Source: Clostridia bacterium (GTDB lineage: Bacteria; Bacillota; Clostridia; Oscillospirales; SIG627). From it: a stretch of 64,000 bases of DNA. Both the position numbers and the translations under genes were made by a program. Below the pieces are notes generated by a model, which saw only the letters and a list, made by a program, of their open reading frames with translations, had not been told where the DNA came from and ran no database searches. The number at the start of each line of letters is the position of its first letter. Position 1 is the first letter of the stretch. The stretch spans positions 2,035 through 66,034 of the forward strand of contig JAFSID010000079.1 of assembly GCA_017439965.1 (NCBI GenBank). The letters are read 5' to 3'. Shown here piece after piece: positions 1-9,400 of this stretch.

Positions 1-574
1 ATCTCATAAAAACTACCGTGTCGCTCGGTAGCTTGTTAAAGCCCGGAAGATAGAAGATATCAAGGTCACGAAGATAAACCGAATACCCGTCACGAGCAAA
101 TTCGGGTACTGTATCGAGTATTTCGTCAAGAGGCATCAACACCTTTTGCTCAAGTGCTGTCTTGTAATACTTTTCATCCGCAAGATAAATCATTGAGTCA
201 CCCGCAACAAGCTCAGCGGTAAAACGCTCTGCGGCAACCTCGTCAATCTCACGACTGGTATAGGTTGTCTTGTCAAAGTCCTTAGCCTTCTTTGGATCAA
301 GTACCGTAAGCTCAATATAGTCAATGGTCTTCTTGCCGTCACCGTTATAGTCCTCATTCATAAAGACTCCCGCAGATTCCTGAAGGTGCCCCTGACTTGT
401 AAAGGAAATCGACGCAGTACCTATATAAAGAAAGTTCGCGTCAGGTGATTTCTTTGATAAAATCTGACCGAAGGAAATTCCGAGAAAGAATGCGAAGAAT
501 AGCACGACGATAACGGTGAATTTATTGTGGTACCAAAAGTTTTCTATCCATTGCTTAAAGTTCATTTTATTCAT
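1..574 (-). CDS. hypothetical membrane-anchored protein; C-terminal part lies beyond the window start
   Basis: Absent from the ORF track because the frame stays open to position 1. The reverse-strand ATG is plus-strand CAT at 572-574, with GGGAG 5 nt upstream. Translation starts MNKMNFKQWIENFWYHNKFTVIVVLFFAFFLGISFGQILSKK... It has one N-terminal hydrophobic helix. No family recognised. Confidence 0.5.
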   Translation of the reverse strand, partial: MNKMNFKQWIENFWYHNKFTVIVVLFFAFFLGISFGQILSKKSPDANFLYIGTASISFTSQGHLQESAGVFMNEDYNGDGKKTIDYIELTVLDPKKAKDFDKTTYTSREIDEVAAERFTAELVAGDSMIYLADEKYYKTALEQKVLMPLDEILDTVPEFARDGYSVYLRDLDIFYLPGFNKLPSDTVVFMR

Positions 575-706
575 ATGAATACTCCCGATAAAGTATATTA
601 CGAATAATATTCTACCATATCTTTTTGAATAAATCTATATTATTTTAAAATGTTTTAATATTTTGTTATAATAAGGAAAAATCATCAACTTTTATTAAAA
701 AAGGTG

Positions 707-735
707 TTGAAAAATATATTGCAATATGTTAAAAT
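707..735 (+). promoter_or_regulatory. sigma-A type promoter for the 787-2506 gene pair
   Basis: TTGAAA (707-712), 17-nt spacer, TAAAAT (730-735), about 50 nt upstream of the ATG at 787. Confidence 0.5.
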
Positions 736-786
736 ACACTTGAAATGCGGTGTGTTTAAACAAATTTTTGCACCGTTGGAGGAAAT

Positions 787-1656
787 ATGAAAATTGGTGT
801 AAGCTCTTATTCTTTTGCTCAATATATAAGAGCAGGAAAAATGGATTACTTCTCCGCCATTGAAAAGGCTAAGGAGATGGGCTTTGACGGTATTGAGTTT
901 TCAGGTCTCCCCGCAGACGTTGTGGAGTATGACGACAGAATTGCTTTTGCCGTAAAGCTTCGTGAACACGCCGAAAAGGTAGGCATTGAGATTTCCGCAT
1001 ATCTTACAAGCGGTAATTTCAATCAGCCCGACGAGGAGGCTTTAAAGACGGAAATCGCACGACTCAAGGCTGAGATTGACGTCGCAAAGACTCTCGGTGT
1101 GTCTCTCATGCGTCACGATATTGCATATGCAATTCCCAAGGGAATCCCCTTTAACGCCTTTGTTGATTCTATTGCTCCGTCAATCCGTGAGGTTACCGAA
1201 TACGCAGAAGGCTTCGGTATCAAGACGATGTTCGAAAATCACGGACGAGTAGTTCAGGATTCAGACAGAGTTGAAAAGATTATTGAGGCAGTCGGAAGCC
1301 GTAACTTCGGTCTTCTTATCGATATCGGAAACTTTATGTGTGCTGACCTTGATAACGTTGCGTGCGTTGGCAGACTTGCAAATCTTGCGTTCCACGGTCA
1401 TCTCAAGGATTTTCGCACCTATGAGTATGGAACGAACTATTCGCTTAAGAGCACCTTTAAGACCCGTTGCCAGAACAACCTCAAGGGCTGTGCGGTAGGT
1501 GACGGTGATGCAAGAAGCGCTCAGTGTATGTCCATCCTTAAGGATCAGGGCTACGACGGATATTTGACTCTCGAATACGAAGGTCCCGAGGACTGCATCG
1601 AGGGTATTCAAAAGGGATTAGATTTTTATAGAAAGTGGGAGGCACAAAATGTATAA
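787..1656 (+). CDS. sugar phosphate isomerase/epimerase (xylose isomerase-like TIM barrel family)
   Basis: 289-aa ORF with GGAGG at 778-782. Motifs GFDGIEF, FENH, LIDIGNF, HLKD and TLEYEG are typical of the xylose-isomerase-like/AP-endonuclease-2 TIM barrel fold. Confidence 0.8.
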   Translation: MKIGVSSYSFAQYIRAGKMDYFSAIEKAKEMGFDGIEFSGLPADVVEYDDRIAFAVKLREHAEKVGIEISAYLTSGNFNQPDEEALKTEIARLKAEIDVAKTLGVSLMRHDIAYAIPKGIPFNAFVDSIAPSIREVTEYAEGFGIKTMFENHGRVVQDSDRVEKIIEAVGSRNFGLLIDIGNFMCADLDNVACVGRLANLAFHGHLKDFRTYEYGTNYSLKSTFKTRCQNNLKGCAVGDGDARSAQCMSILKDQGYDGYLTLEYEGPEDCIEGIQKGLDFYRKWEAQNV

Positions 1657-2506
1657 TTTTCCTATTGGTGTATTACTTCAGTCATTTAAGCTTGAAACCT
1701 ATGAGGCAGTAAAGAAGGCTGCAAGCATCGGAGCAAAGGGCTTGCAGATGCACGCGACCTTTGGTCCCTGCGCTTTTAACGAGCTCGTTGGCGACGCAAG
1801 ACGCGAGCTTCTTAATTTCGTAAAGGATAACGGTCTTTGCTTCTCGGCACTCTGCGGTGACTTCGGCAAGGGCTTCTGGCGTCCCGAGCTAAATCCTCAG
1901 CTTATCGAGGATTCCAAGAGAATTATGGATATGGCTCGTGAGATGGAGACCGACGTTGTTACCACTCACATCGGCGTTGTACCCAGCGACCCCAACAACG
2001 ACAGATATAAGATTATGCAGGAGGCTTGCTTTGAGCTTGCTCAGTATGCTGATAATATGGGCGGTCACTTCGCTATCGAGACGGGTCCCGAGACCGCTGA
2101 GGTTCTCGTCGGCTTCCTTGATACACTCGGCTCAACGGGTGTTGCAGTTAACCTTGACCCTGCAAATCTTATGATGGTTAAGCGTGACGATCCCGTTAAG
2201 GCAGTTCACACACTCAAGAAGTATATCGTTCACACTCATGCAAAGGACGGTATCAACCTCAATCCTAACTGCAACGCAGAGGAGATATACGGCATTACCA
2301 TCCGTCACGATGATTGGGATGGCAAGCCTGACTTCAAGGAGGTTCCCCTTGGAACAGGTCAGGTTGATTTCCCTGCATACCTCAAGGCTCTTGATGAGAT
2401 TGGATATAAGGGCTTCCTTACCATTGAGCGTGAATGCGGTGAAGACCCTGCGGCTGATATCGTTATGGCGGCTGACTTCCTCCGTGACACTATTGCGAAA
2501 AACTAA
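1649..2506 (+). CDS. sugar phosphate isomerase/epimerase (xylose isomerase-like TIM barrel family), second paralog
   Basis: 285-aa ORF overlapping the upstream gene by 8 nt. Motifs HIGVVP, AIETGPE, NLDPANL, HAKDG and TIEREC. Confidence 0.8.
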   Translation: MYNFPIGVLLQSFKLETYEAVKKAASIGAKGLQMHATFGPCAFNELVGDARRELLNFVKDNGLCFSALCGDFGKGFWRPELNPQLIEDSKRIMDMAREMETDVVTTHIGVVPSDPNNDRYKIMQEACFELAQYADNMGGHFAIETGPETAEVLVGFLDTLGSTGVAVNLDPANLMMVKRDDPVKAVHTLKKYIVHTHAKDGINLNPNCNAEEIYGITIRHDDWDGKPDFKEVPLGTGQVDFPAYLKALDEIGYKGFLTIERECGEDPAADIVMAADFLRDTIAKN

Positions 2507-2518
2507 TATCTTTGTAAT

Positions 2519-2552
2519 AAAAGCAACCGAAAGGTTGCTTTTATTAATTTTT
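2519..2552 (+). terminator. intrinsic terminator
   Basis: AAAAGCAACC-gaaa-GGTTGCTTTT followed by ATTAATTTTTT, directly after the stop at 2506. Confidence 0.8.
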
Positions 2553-2639
2553 TGCAACAAATTATATACTTCAATTGACAATATCTGTAAAAACGGATAA
2601 AATATAATTGTAGACAGAGCTTGAAAGGAAGTGCTTTAT

Positions 2640-3629
2640 ATGAAAAAATCTACGAAAACTCTGCTTGTTGCAACTGGTGTTCTCGGAGTAATGACTACCG
2701 CCGCAATCGTGGCTTATAATAAAACGAGCAAGGCGCTTATGAAGCTTGCTCTTCACAGAGAGCAGCCCAAGGTTGCAATGAGTGATAAGAGCAAGGAAAT
2801 TCTCACAGGCTCAAAGGAGCTTTCCGAGCTTCTCAATAAAATGATGGAGGCATCCGCAAAGCTTGAGGAGGCTGAATGTGAGACGGTAGAGCTTACCGCA
2901 CACGACGGAATTAAGCTTGTCGGTCATTTCCGTCCCGCACGAGACCCTAAACGAATTATCGTTGCCATGCACGGCTGGAGGTCGGGCTGGAGTATGGACT
3001 TTGGAATGATATCCGACTTCTATTATGAGAACGGATGCTCGGTGCTTTACGCCGAACAGCGCGCTCAGGGTGAGAGTGGGGGAGACTATATGGGCTTCGG
3101 ACTCCTTGAGCGTTACGATTGCTACGATTGGGTCAAGTGGGCTGACGAGCATAACACCTACAAGCTCCCGATTTACCTTGCGGGTATTTCTATGGGCGCA
3201 TCTACCGTGCTTATGACCTCCTCATTCGACCTCCCCGAAAGCGTGTGCGGTATAATGGCTGATTGCGGTTATACCTCACCTCACGACATCTGGAAGCACG
3301 TCGCTGAGAATAATCTTCACATTCCTTACAGCATTTACAGTGGAACGGTCAAGGATTTCTGTGAGAAGAATCTCCAGATAGCGCCCGATGCGTATTCTTG
3401 CCCCGAGGCTCTCAAGACCTGCCGTGTGCCCGTTATATTCGTTCACGGTACGGATGATAAATTCGTACCCGTTGAAATGACTTATGAAAATTATAAGGCT
3501 TGCGCTTCTCCCAAGAAGCTTTTCATCGTACCGGGTGCAGAGCACGGAACGAGCTATCTCGTTGACAAGGAAGGCTACGAGGAGGCTATGCTTGAATTCT
3601 GGCAGGATAACGACGGAGTAATTATCTGA
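2640..3629 (+). CDS. membrane-anchored alpha/beta hydrolase
   Basis: The track ORF begins at GTG 2631. ATG 2640 (MKKSTKTLL...) sits 8 nt after AAGGAAG and is preferred. N-terminal TM helix, HGWRSGW oxyanion-type segment, nucleophile elbow GISMGAS, and a late HGTDD/AEHG acid/His region. Confidence 0.8.
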   Translation: MKKSTKTLLVATGVLGVMTTAAIVAYNKTSKALMKLALHREQPKVAMSDKSKEILTGSKELSELLNKMMEASAKLEEAECETVELTAHDGIKLVGHFRPARDPKRIIVAMHGWRSGWSMDFGMISDFYYENGCSVLYAEQRAQGESGGDYMGFGLLERYDCYDWVKWADEHNTYKLPIYLAGISMGASTVLMTSSFDLPESVCGIMADCGYTSPHDIWKHVAENNLHIPYSIYSGTVKDFCEKNLQIAPDAYSCPEALKTCRVPVIFVHGTDDKFVPVEMTYENYKACASPKKLFIVPGAEHGTSYLVDKEGYEEAMLEFWQDNDGVII

Positions 3630-3633
3630 CTTT

Positions 3634-3684
3634 AAAAAAGAAAAGTTGCAAAAAACTCAATCAGAGCTTTTTGCAACTTTTTTT
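3634..3684. terminator. bidirectional intrinsic terminator between convergent genes
   Basis: GTTGCAAAAAACTC-aatca-GAGCTTTTTGCAAC (3645-3677), with an A-run on the left and a T-run on the right. It overlaps the pnuC stop region. Confidence 0.75.
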
Positions 3685-4357
3685 AGGAGCGCTGTCTCTT
3701 TTCCATCCTCTTCCAGTTATAAAAGCCGTATAGGTCGTTTACAAGGAACGCAATAAAGCATACAACGACCGATATATACGACGAGTCCCTGAAGGCTGCA
3801 AGCACCCATAAAACGATAAGAACAACGTCGTTTGTGGCATACGCGAGGGCGTAAAGCGGACTTCTCTTAAAGGTGAGAAATACCGCAAGAAAGCTCGTTG
3901 TTACTGAGAATGTGCTTGGAATCAGGTTTGCCGTGTTGAAGAATTTAAGTATAAAATAGAAGATAAGGGTAACAAGCGCTGTCAGTATCCACATTACCGT
4001 ATAGTCACGGCGCGTGGGCTTGTTTACTTGCACCTCGCTTTTTGAATCACCGTAAGGATGACGAAGCCATTCAACGAGTGACAGCACCGCCATTGGAAGC
4101 GACATACCGACGTAGGTTATCATTTCTCCGTAGTAACGGAAGGTGAGCGAAATATAGCCGTAAAGGAGTGAAAAGACTATCATTAAAGCCTGACCTGTCG
4201 GATTACCCTTTGCGCAGAAGATAAGCGAGGTAACACCGACAAGGGATGCAACGAGTGACAGATACCCCGAATTACCGAAAATGAAAAATGACGATATAAT
4301 AAGTACAACCGAGCACGACCATAAAAGCGTTTCGGCTTTAGTGAAATAACCCTTCAT
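3683..4357 (-). CDS. pnuC: PnuC-family nicotinamide riboside (vitamin) transporter
   Basis: About 224 aa with multiple TM helices. The MKGYFTKAETLLW... start and the C-terminal ...NDLYGFYNWKR resemble the PnuC family. The track start is GTG 4363. ATG at 4355-4357 with GAGG 5 nt upstream is preferred. Confidence 0.7.
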   Translation of the reverse strand: MKGYFTKAETLLWSCSVVLIISSFFIFGNSGYLSLVASLVGVTSLIFCAKGNPTGQALMIVFSLLYGYISLTFRYYGEMITYVGMSLPMAVLSLVEWLRHPYGDSKSEVQVNKPTRRDYTVMWILTALVTLIFYFILKFFNTANLIPSTFSVTTSFLAVFLTFKRSPLYALAYATNDVVLIVLWVLAAFRDSSYISVVVCFIAFLVNDLYGFYNWKRMEKRQRS

Positions 4358-4482
4358 AAGCACCTCAAAAAAAGCACTCGCTCACACGTCTTCAAAGACC
4401 TAACGACGTGCAAACGAATGCTCAAACATTCTCTACCCGGTGGCAGTATAAATATTCTAACATATTACAATTGATTTTGCAA
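4358..4482 (-). promoter_or_regulatory. pnuC promoter plus ~90-nt leader with terminator/antiterminator alternative (attenuator or riboswitch candidate)
   Basis: Reverse strand reads TTGCAA (4477-4482), 17 nt, TAGAAT (4454-4459). The leader contains AGCATTCG-tttg-CACGTC-loop-GACGTG-tgag-CGAGTGCT (plus 4373-4422) followed by a 6-7 nt T-run and then the GAGGTG RBS. A competing hairpin GAATG-tttgag-CATTC (plus 4416-4431) uses the 5' arm of the terminator. Confidence 0.5.
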
Positions 4483-4544
4483 TAGGTATTTACAAAAACC
4501 TTGTTTTGTATTATAATTCAAATATTAAATTATGGTGGTATCAT

Positions 4545-5360
4545 ATGAAGTATTTACAGAATCTGCATACACATTCAACCTATTGCGACGGTAAGGATAC
4601 CCTTCGTGAAATGCTTGATACGGCAATCGAAAAGGGCTTTGAGTCAATCGGCTTTTCGGGGCATTCTCCTGTCCCGTTTCCTTCGATTTACGCAATGTCA
4701 AGTGAAGGGGAAAGGGAATACAAGAAGGAGATAGAGACGCTTAAGGAGGAGTATTTCGGAAGACTCGATATTTTTTGCGGAGTAGAGCTTGACTCCTACA
4801 ACGCTTCAGATTTTGAAGGCTACGATTATATAATCGGCTCACATCATTACTTTGAGCGTGACGGTAAAATGATTGGCTTTGACCGTTCCGCAGAAGAGGT
4901 CAGGTCGGTTATCAACGAGTATTTCGAGGGTGACGGTCTCTTGTTTGCCAAGGCGTATTACGAGGATCTTGCGTCACACCTTTGGAAAACGAGTGTTGAC
5001 GTGCTCGGTCATATTGATATAATTACAAAGAATTGCGAAAAAGCCGACCTTTTTGATTGGAGAGGGGATAAGTATCTTTCCTACGTCCTTGAGGCTATTT
5101 CCTCTTTGAAGAACAGAATACAATTTTTTGAGGTCAATACGGGTGCTATCTCAAGAGGATATCGCACAACTCCTTATCCGACGCTTGAAATTATGCGCGA
5201 GCTTAAAGCACAAGGCTACGGTGCCGTTATAAGCTCGGACTGTCACAACAGAGAGTTCCTTGATTGTGGATTTGACCTTGCAAGAGGCCTTCTTATCGAA
5301 GCGGGTTTTAATGAAAAATATATATTGACGAAAAATGGCTTTTGTGCCGTAGCATTATGA
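4545..5360 (+). CDS. PHP-domain phosphatase (histidinol-phosphatase HisJ family)
   Basis: The track ORF begins at TTG 4506. ATG 4545 gives MKYLQNLHTHSTYCDGKDT..., the canonical HisJ/PHP N-terminus (HxH, CDG). Later motifs are GFSGHSP, GHID and NTG. Candidate promoter is TTTACA 4489-4494 / TATAAT 4512-4517. Confidence 0.8.
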   Translation: MKYLQNLHTHSTYCDGKDTLREMLDTAIEKGFESIGFSGHSPVPFPSIYAMSSEGEREYKKEIETLKEEYFGRLDIFCGVELDSYNASDFEGYDYIIGSHHYFERDGKMIGFDRSAEEVRSVINEYFEGDGLLFAKAYYEDLASHLWKTSVDVLGHIDIITKNCEKADLFDWRGDKYLSYVLEAISSLKNRIQFFEVNTGAISRGYRTTPYPTLEIMRELKAQGYGAVISSDCHNREFLDCGFDLARGLLIEAGFNEKYILTKNGFCAVAL

Positions 5361-5367
5361 GGCGTTT

Positions 5368-6453
5368 ATGAATTTTGTTTCTTACATAATGGTTGTCTTT
5401 TCGCTTATTGCGGCAATTGACAGAATATTCGGTAGCAGATTCGGACTGGGCAAGGAGTTTGATAAGGGCTTTATGCTTCTTGGTACGATGTCACTTTCGA
5501 TGATTGGTATGATTGTAATATCTCCGCTGCTTGCCGATCTTTTGAACCCACTTTTTGAAACGGTTTACAACGTATTTGGAGTTGACCCGTCGGTAATTCC
5601 CGCAATATTTTTCGCCAACGATATGGGTGCCGCTCCGTTGTGTGTTGAGGTTGCCAAGGACGCTTCGGTCGGTAGATTCAATGCACTTGTTGTCTCGTCA
5701 ATGATGGGAGCAACGGTTTCATATACGATACCGTTTGCCCTCGGAATTGTTAAAAATAACGTAAAAGAGCTTATGGTCGGAATTCTATGCGGTATCGTTA
5801 CCGTGCCCGTTGGCTGCTTTGTGTCAGGGCTTATGCTTTCAATCCCTCTCTCAACGCTTATAATCAACGTTTTACCGCTTATAATTTTTTCGGTAGTAAT
5901 AGCGCTCGGGCTTTTGTATATACCCGATATATGCGTTAAGATATTCAAGGGCATTGCATATTTTATCAAGGCTCTTATCACGGTTGGACTTGCGCTTGGA
6001 ATATTACGTTTCCTTATAGGAGTGGAGCTTGTCAAAGGGCTTGAAACTATTGAAAACGGAGCAATGGTCTGCTTTAACGCTTCAATCGTTATGAGCGGTG
6101 CATTTCCGCTTATGTATATCATTTCCCGTTTGCTTGATAAACCTCTGTCTGCATTCGCTTCAAAAGTAGGCATCAATAAAACCTCTGCAGTCGGACTTGT
6201 TTCAAACCTCGCAACAAACGCCACTACCTTTCAGATGATGAACGATATGGACTCGAAGGGCGCAATGGTCAATTCCGCATTTGCAGTTTCGGCAGCATTT
6301 ACCTTTGCGGGACACCTTGCATTTACAATGGCATTTGACGATTCGTATATATTGTACGTTATCGTCGGAAAGCTTATTTCCGGTGTTTGCTCGTTGATTG
6401 TTTCATTCCCGATATATAACAGAATATTCAAAAAAAATAACGCTACGGTTTGA
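5368..6453 (+). CDS. eutH: EutH-like (ethanolamine utilisation protein EutH family) permease
   Basis: 361-aa polytopic membrane protein. The N-terminus ...LIAAIDRIFGSRFGLGKEFDKGFMLLGTMSLSMIGM... parallels E. coli EutH (LIAAVDRI...FEEGFMAMG). Recognised from memory only. Confidence 0.65.
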   Translation: MNFVSYIMVVFSLIAAIDRIFGSRFGLGKEFDKGFMLLGTMSLSMIGMIVISPLLADLLNPLFETVYNVFGVDPSVIPAIFFANDMGAAPLCVEVAKDASVGRFNALVVSSMMGATVSYTIPFALGIVKNNVKELMVGILCGIVTVPVGCFVSGLMLSIPLSTLIINVLPLIIFSVVIALGLLYIPDICVKIFKGIAYFIKALITVGLALGILRFLIGVELVKGLETIENGAMVCFNASIVMSGAFPLMYIISRLLDKPLSAFASKVGINKTSAVGLVSNLATNATTFQMMNDMDSKGAMVNSAFAVSAAFTFAGHLAFTMAFDDSYILYVIVGKLISGVCSLIVSFPIYNRIFKKNNATV

Positions 6454-6469
6454 CCGTAGCGTTATTTTT
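6431..6469. terminator. bidirectional intrinsic terminator
   Basis: AAATAACGCTACGG-tttga-CCGTAGCGTTATTT with an A-run upstream and a T-run downstream. It lies between convergent genes, and the eutH stop codon sits in the loop. Confidence 0.75.
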
Positions 6470-6471
6470 AA

Positions 6472-9400
6472 TCAGTTAGTAATTTCGCCACCCGAGAATC
6501 CGAGGACAATTCTTGCACGAATTGGTGCATTGGTTGTGGCTGATGCAGTATAAGTACCGTTGAAGCTTCCGCTTGGTATTTCAAGGCTTCCGCTGATGCT
6601 TGATACCTCGGTGATGGTTTGATCTGCGTGATGCACGTGTGCTTTGCGGGTTGCAGGATCAAACTCAAGGTATTCACTACCCTTTAGTGTCGTGTTGAAG
6701 GTTATCGAGTTGTTACCAACGGTAACGGTAGGATTCTTAACCTCTGCTTCAACCTGCTTGTAAGCGTAGATTGAGCTTATCTGCGCATTTTTTGCGGTTT
6801 CACCGCAGGTACGGATTGTGATGTTTTCAATGTAATTGTACAGAGGAACGACACGGTAGGTTGAATATTGCATTCCTGAGGTCTTAACACCGTCAAATAC
6901 GTACTTGTGGAAATCATAATCACCGTTGTCGGCATCTACGATTACCATTTCACGCCAGCCCTCGAAGTTGAGGTCGATGAAGTGGTCGATTCTACCGCCC
7001 GTCTCACCCGAAACTACACCGCCGAGAAGAGATATCAGGAGTGCGTCTCCGTCACGACCCGTGCCCTTTACCTTGAACTTGTAAACCATATTTTCAAGAA
7101 GGTTAAGACCGATAGACTGTGTAAGCTTCTGCTCGGAGAGAGGCGTATTTTCGTCGAAGGTTGCAAGAAGCAGCTCGTTTTCGGAAAGGGTAGACCATCT
7201 GCCCTCAATACGAATATACGGCTCTTGAGTCTTGAAGGGGTTGTTTCCGTTGAATGCGGTGTTATCCTTCCAGTTACCTACGTTGCTCTTTGCATAGTAC
7301 ATTTCGAGGAAGGCGTATTCACCGGGAGCCTTTTCGATAATCTTGAATTCGCCGCCCTTGTCAATCTTGTCCATAACCTTCTGTCTTGTAGCCTCGGTGA
7401 AATATCCCGACTTGCGAATGCGACTGTAAAATTCGTAATATTTCATATTTGCATACATTTCGGGATTTGCATCTATTTCCTTGGGGTCAAAGCTTCCGTA
7501 AACGTTTGACATATTGTAAGCGACCGCTGTTGAGCCGATATAGTCAAGGTCATCCTCGAACATAGTCTTGTGGAGGGTGTTTCTCATACCTCCCATAGGT
7601 GCGGAGTCAGGGAAGAATGCCGTCCATCCGAGAGTGGATACCATATTGCTTCGTTCACTTTCAAGGTTTATGAGTCTATGCTCGTTAATAAACGCCTTGA
7701 TACCTCTGGTTGCAGTATCCCACGCTCCGACTCGTCCTCTTACGTTCCAGGTTTGAGGTGCACTCGATGAAAACTCGATGATTGGGTCGTTATTGCACTG
7801 TGAGAGAATTCTGTGAATGAACATTTGGAAATAGTAGTAATGGTCCGTCGTATAAGCGGTTGCACCGTCGTGCTTGTTAAGACCGTCAATAGCGTCGATG
7901 TAGAGCATCTTGAATCTGCCGTCGTTGTAGGTCTGTGCGGTAAGGTCGGCAATGTGATAGAAAAGCTCCGAGCCAATCTTGGGAGCAAATCTATTGAAGT
8001 ATCCCGAAAGGTGATAAATCTTCGTGCCGTCTTGGTGCTTCTGTGGCTTTGTACCGCATTGTGCGCGCTTACACTTGATAAATCCGTCGGGAGTACCTGC
8101 ACCTACAAGTATGATCTCGTCATCTATCATAATATAACGGCTGTTTCGGTAGAAGAAGGATTTCGTCATATCAAAGCCTGACGCATCCTCGTTGGTCTTG
8201 ATGCTTTCCTTAGTCTTTGTAAGATTGCCTCTGAGAGTGTATACGTCGGGCATTGTTTCAAGCTGCCTTGTCCACTTGGGGTTGGCAAGTATTCCTACGG
8301 CATCGTAATCAATATAGAATGCGTAGGTGTGAAGACTGAGAATTATTCCGTTTTCCTCGGCAAGCTTACCGACGGTGTCTCCAAATTCCTTTGCTGTACC
8401 CGTTTCAAGAGATGCAAAGTAATAGTCACCGGGACGGTAGCCCTGAGGACCGAAAAGAATATCAATCTGGTCAATGTCAAACTCCTTGGCATACTTTACA
8501 ACGTTCACCATATTGTCGTAGGTCGCGTCGTAAAGCATTGCATAGTCACCCGAAACGTCGGCGTTAACACGGCTGAAAGGACCGCCTGTTACGTTGGCAA
8601 GACCCTTTGAACGATCAATGGTGTTGGAAAGCTTTTGCAGACACTCAGCGTTTTCAGCGTAGGTGGAAAGTGCAAAGCCGTGCTTTGAGCCGATGGTGCC
8701 CCAATCGTACTTTGTGAGCACGGTTGCGTAGGATGAGTTGGAAGCACCCATACCGCTCATATGTGTAAGCACGTTTGCCGTCATTGCCATTGAGCCGAGA
8801 CGGTAGGATTCGGGAGTGAAAAGCATTTCAAGATTTGTTGACAGATTTGCAAAGGTTACACTTTCGTAGGTCTTGGGTACAGAGGAATCAAGCTCGAATG
8901 CCATAAAGTCATCGTGAACGTAGGCAAGCATATAAATGACGTCTCCCGTCTTGAAGGTCACCTTGATTCTGTTTCCTTCAAGCGTGATGCTTGTGGGGGA
9001 TACCTTGGCACCGCCCGAGAGAGACAGATAAATAAATTGAGGATTTTTGGTTTCTGTATTTACGTCCTGACCGTTTTCAAGGTTAATGATTTCCGTAACC
9101 TTACCGTTTTTCTTGTTGACCGAGAGCTTCATTCTCTTGTTCTTGAAAATAAGATTTGCACCCTCATCGGATACACCGTCAAGTGTTGCGGTATAGGAGT
9201 TTTTCGTTGATACGTTGGAGTTGGATGCCATAAGGATGTTTAACTTTGCCCAGTGTGTGCCAATGTCAACAAAGGTGTTTTCAAGCTTGTCTGCAAGCAC
9301 TGTCTCGTCATTTACAACAAGGTTAAGAAGTCTGTTAACAACTGTTACAACCTCTGCTCTCGTTATTGTGTTATCGGGACGGAAGGTGGCATCCTCATAG

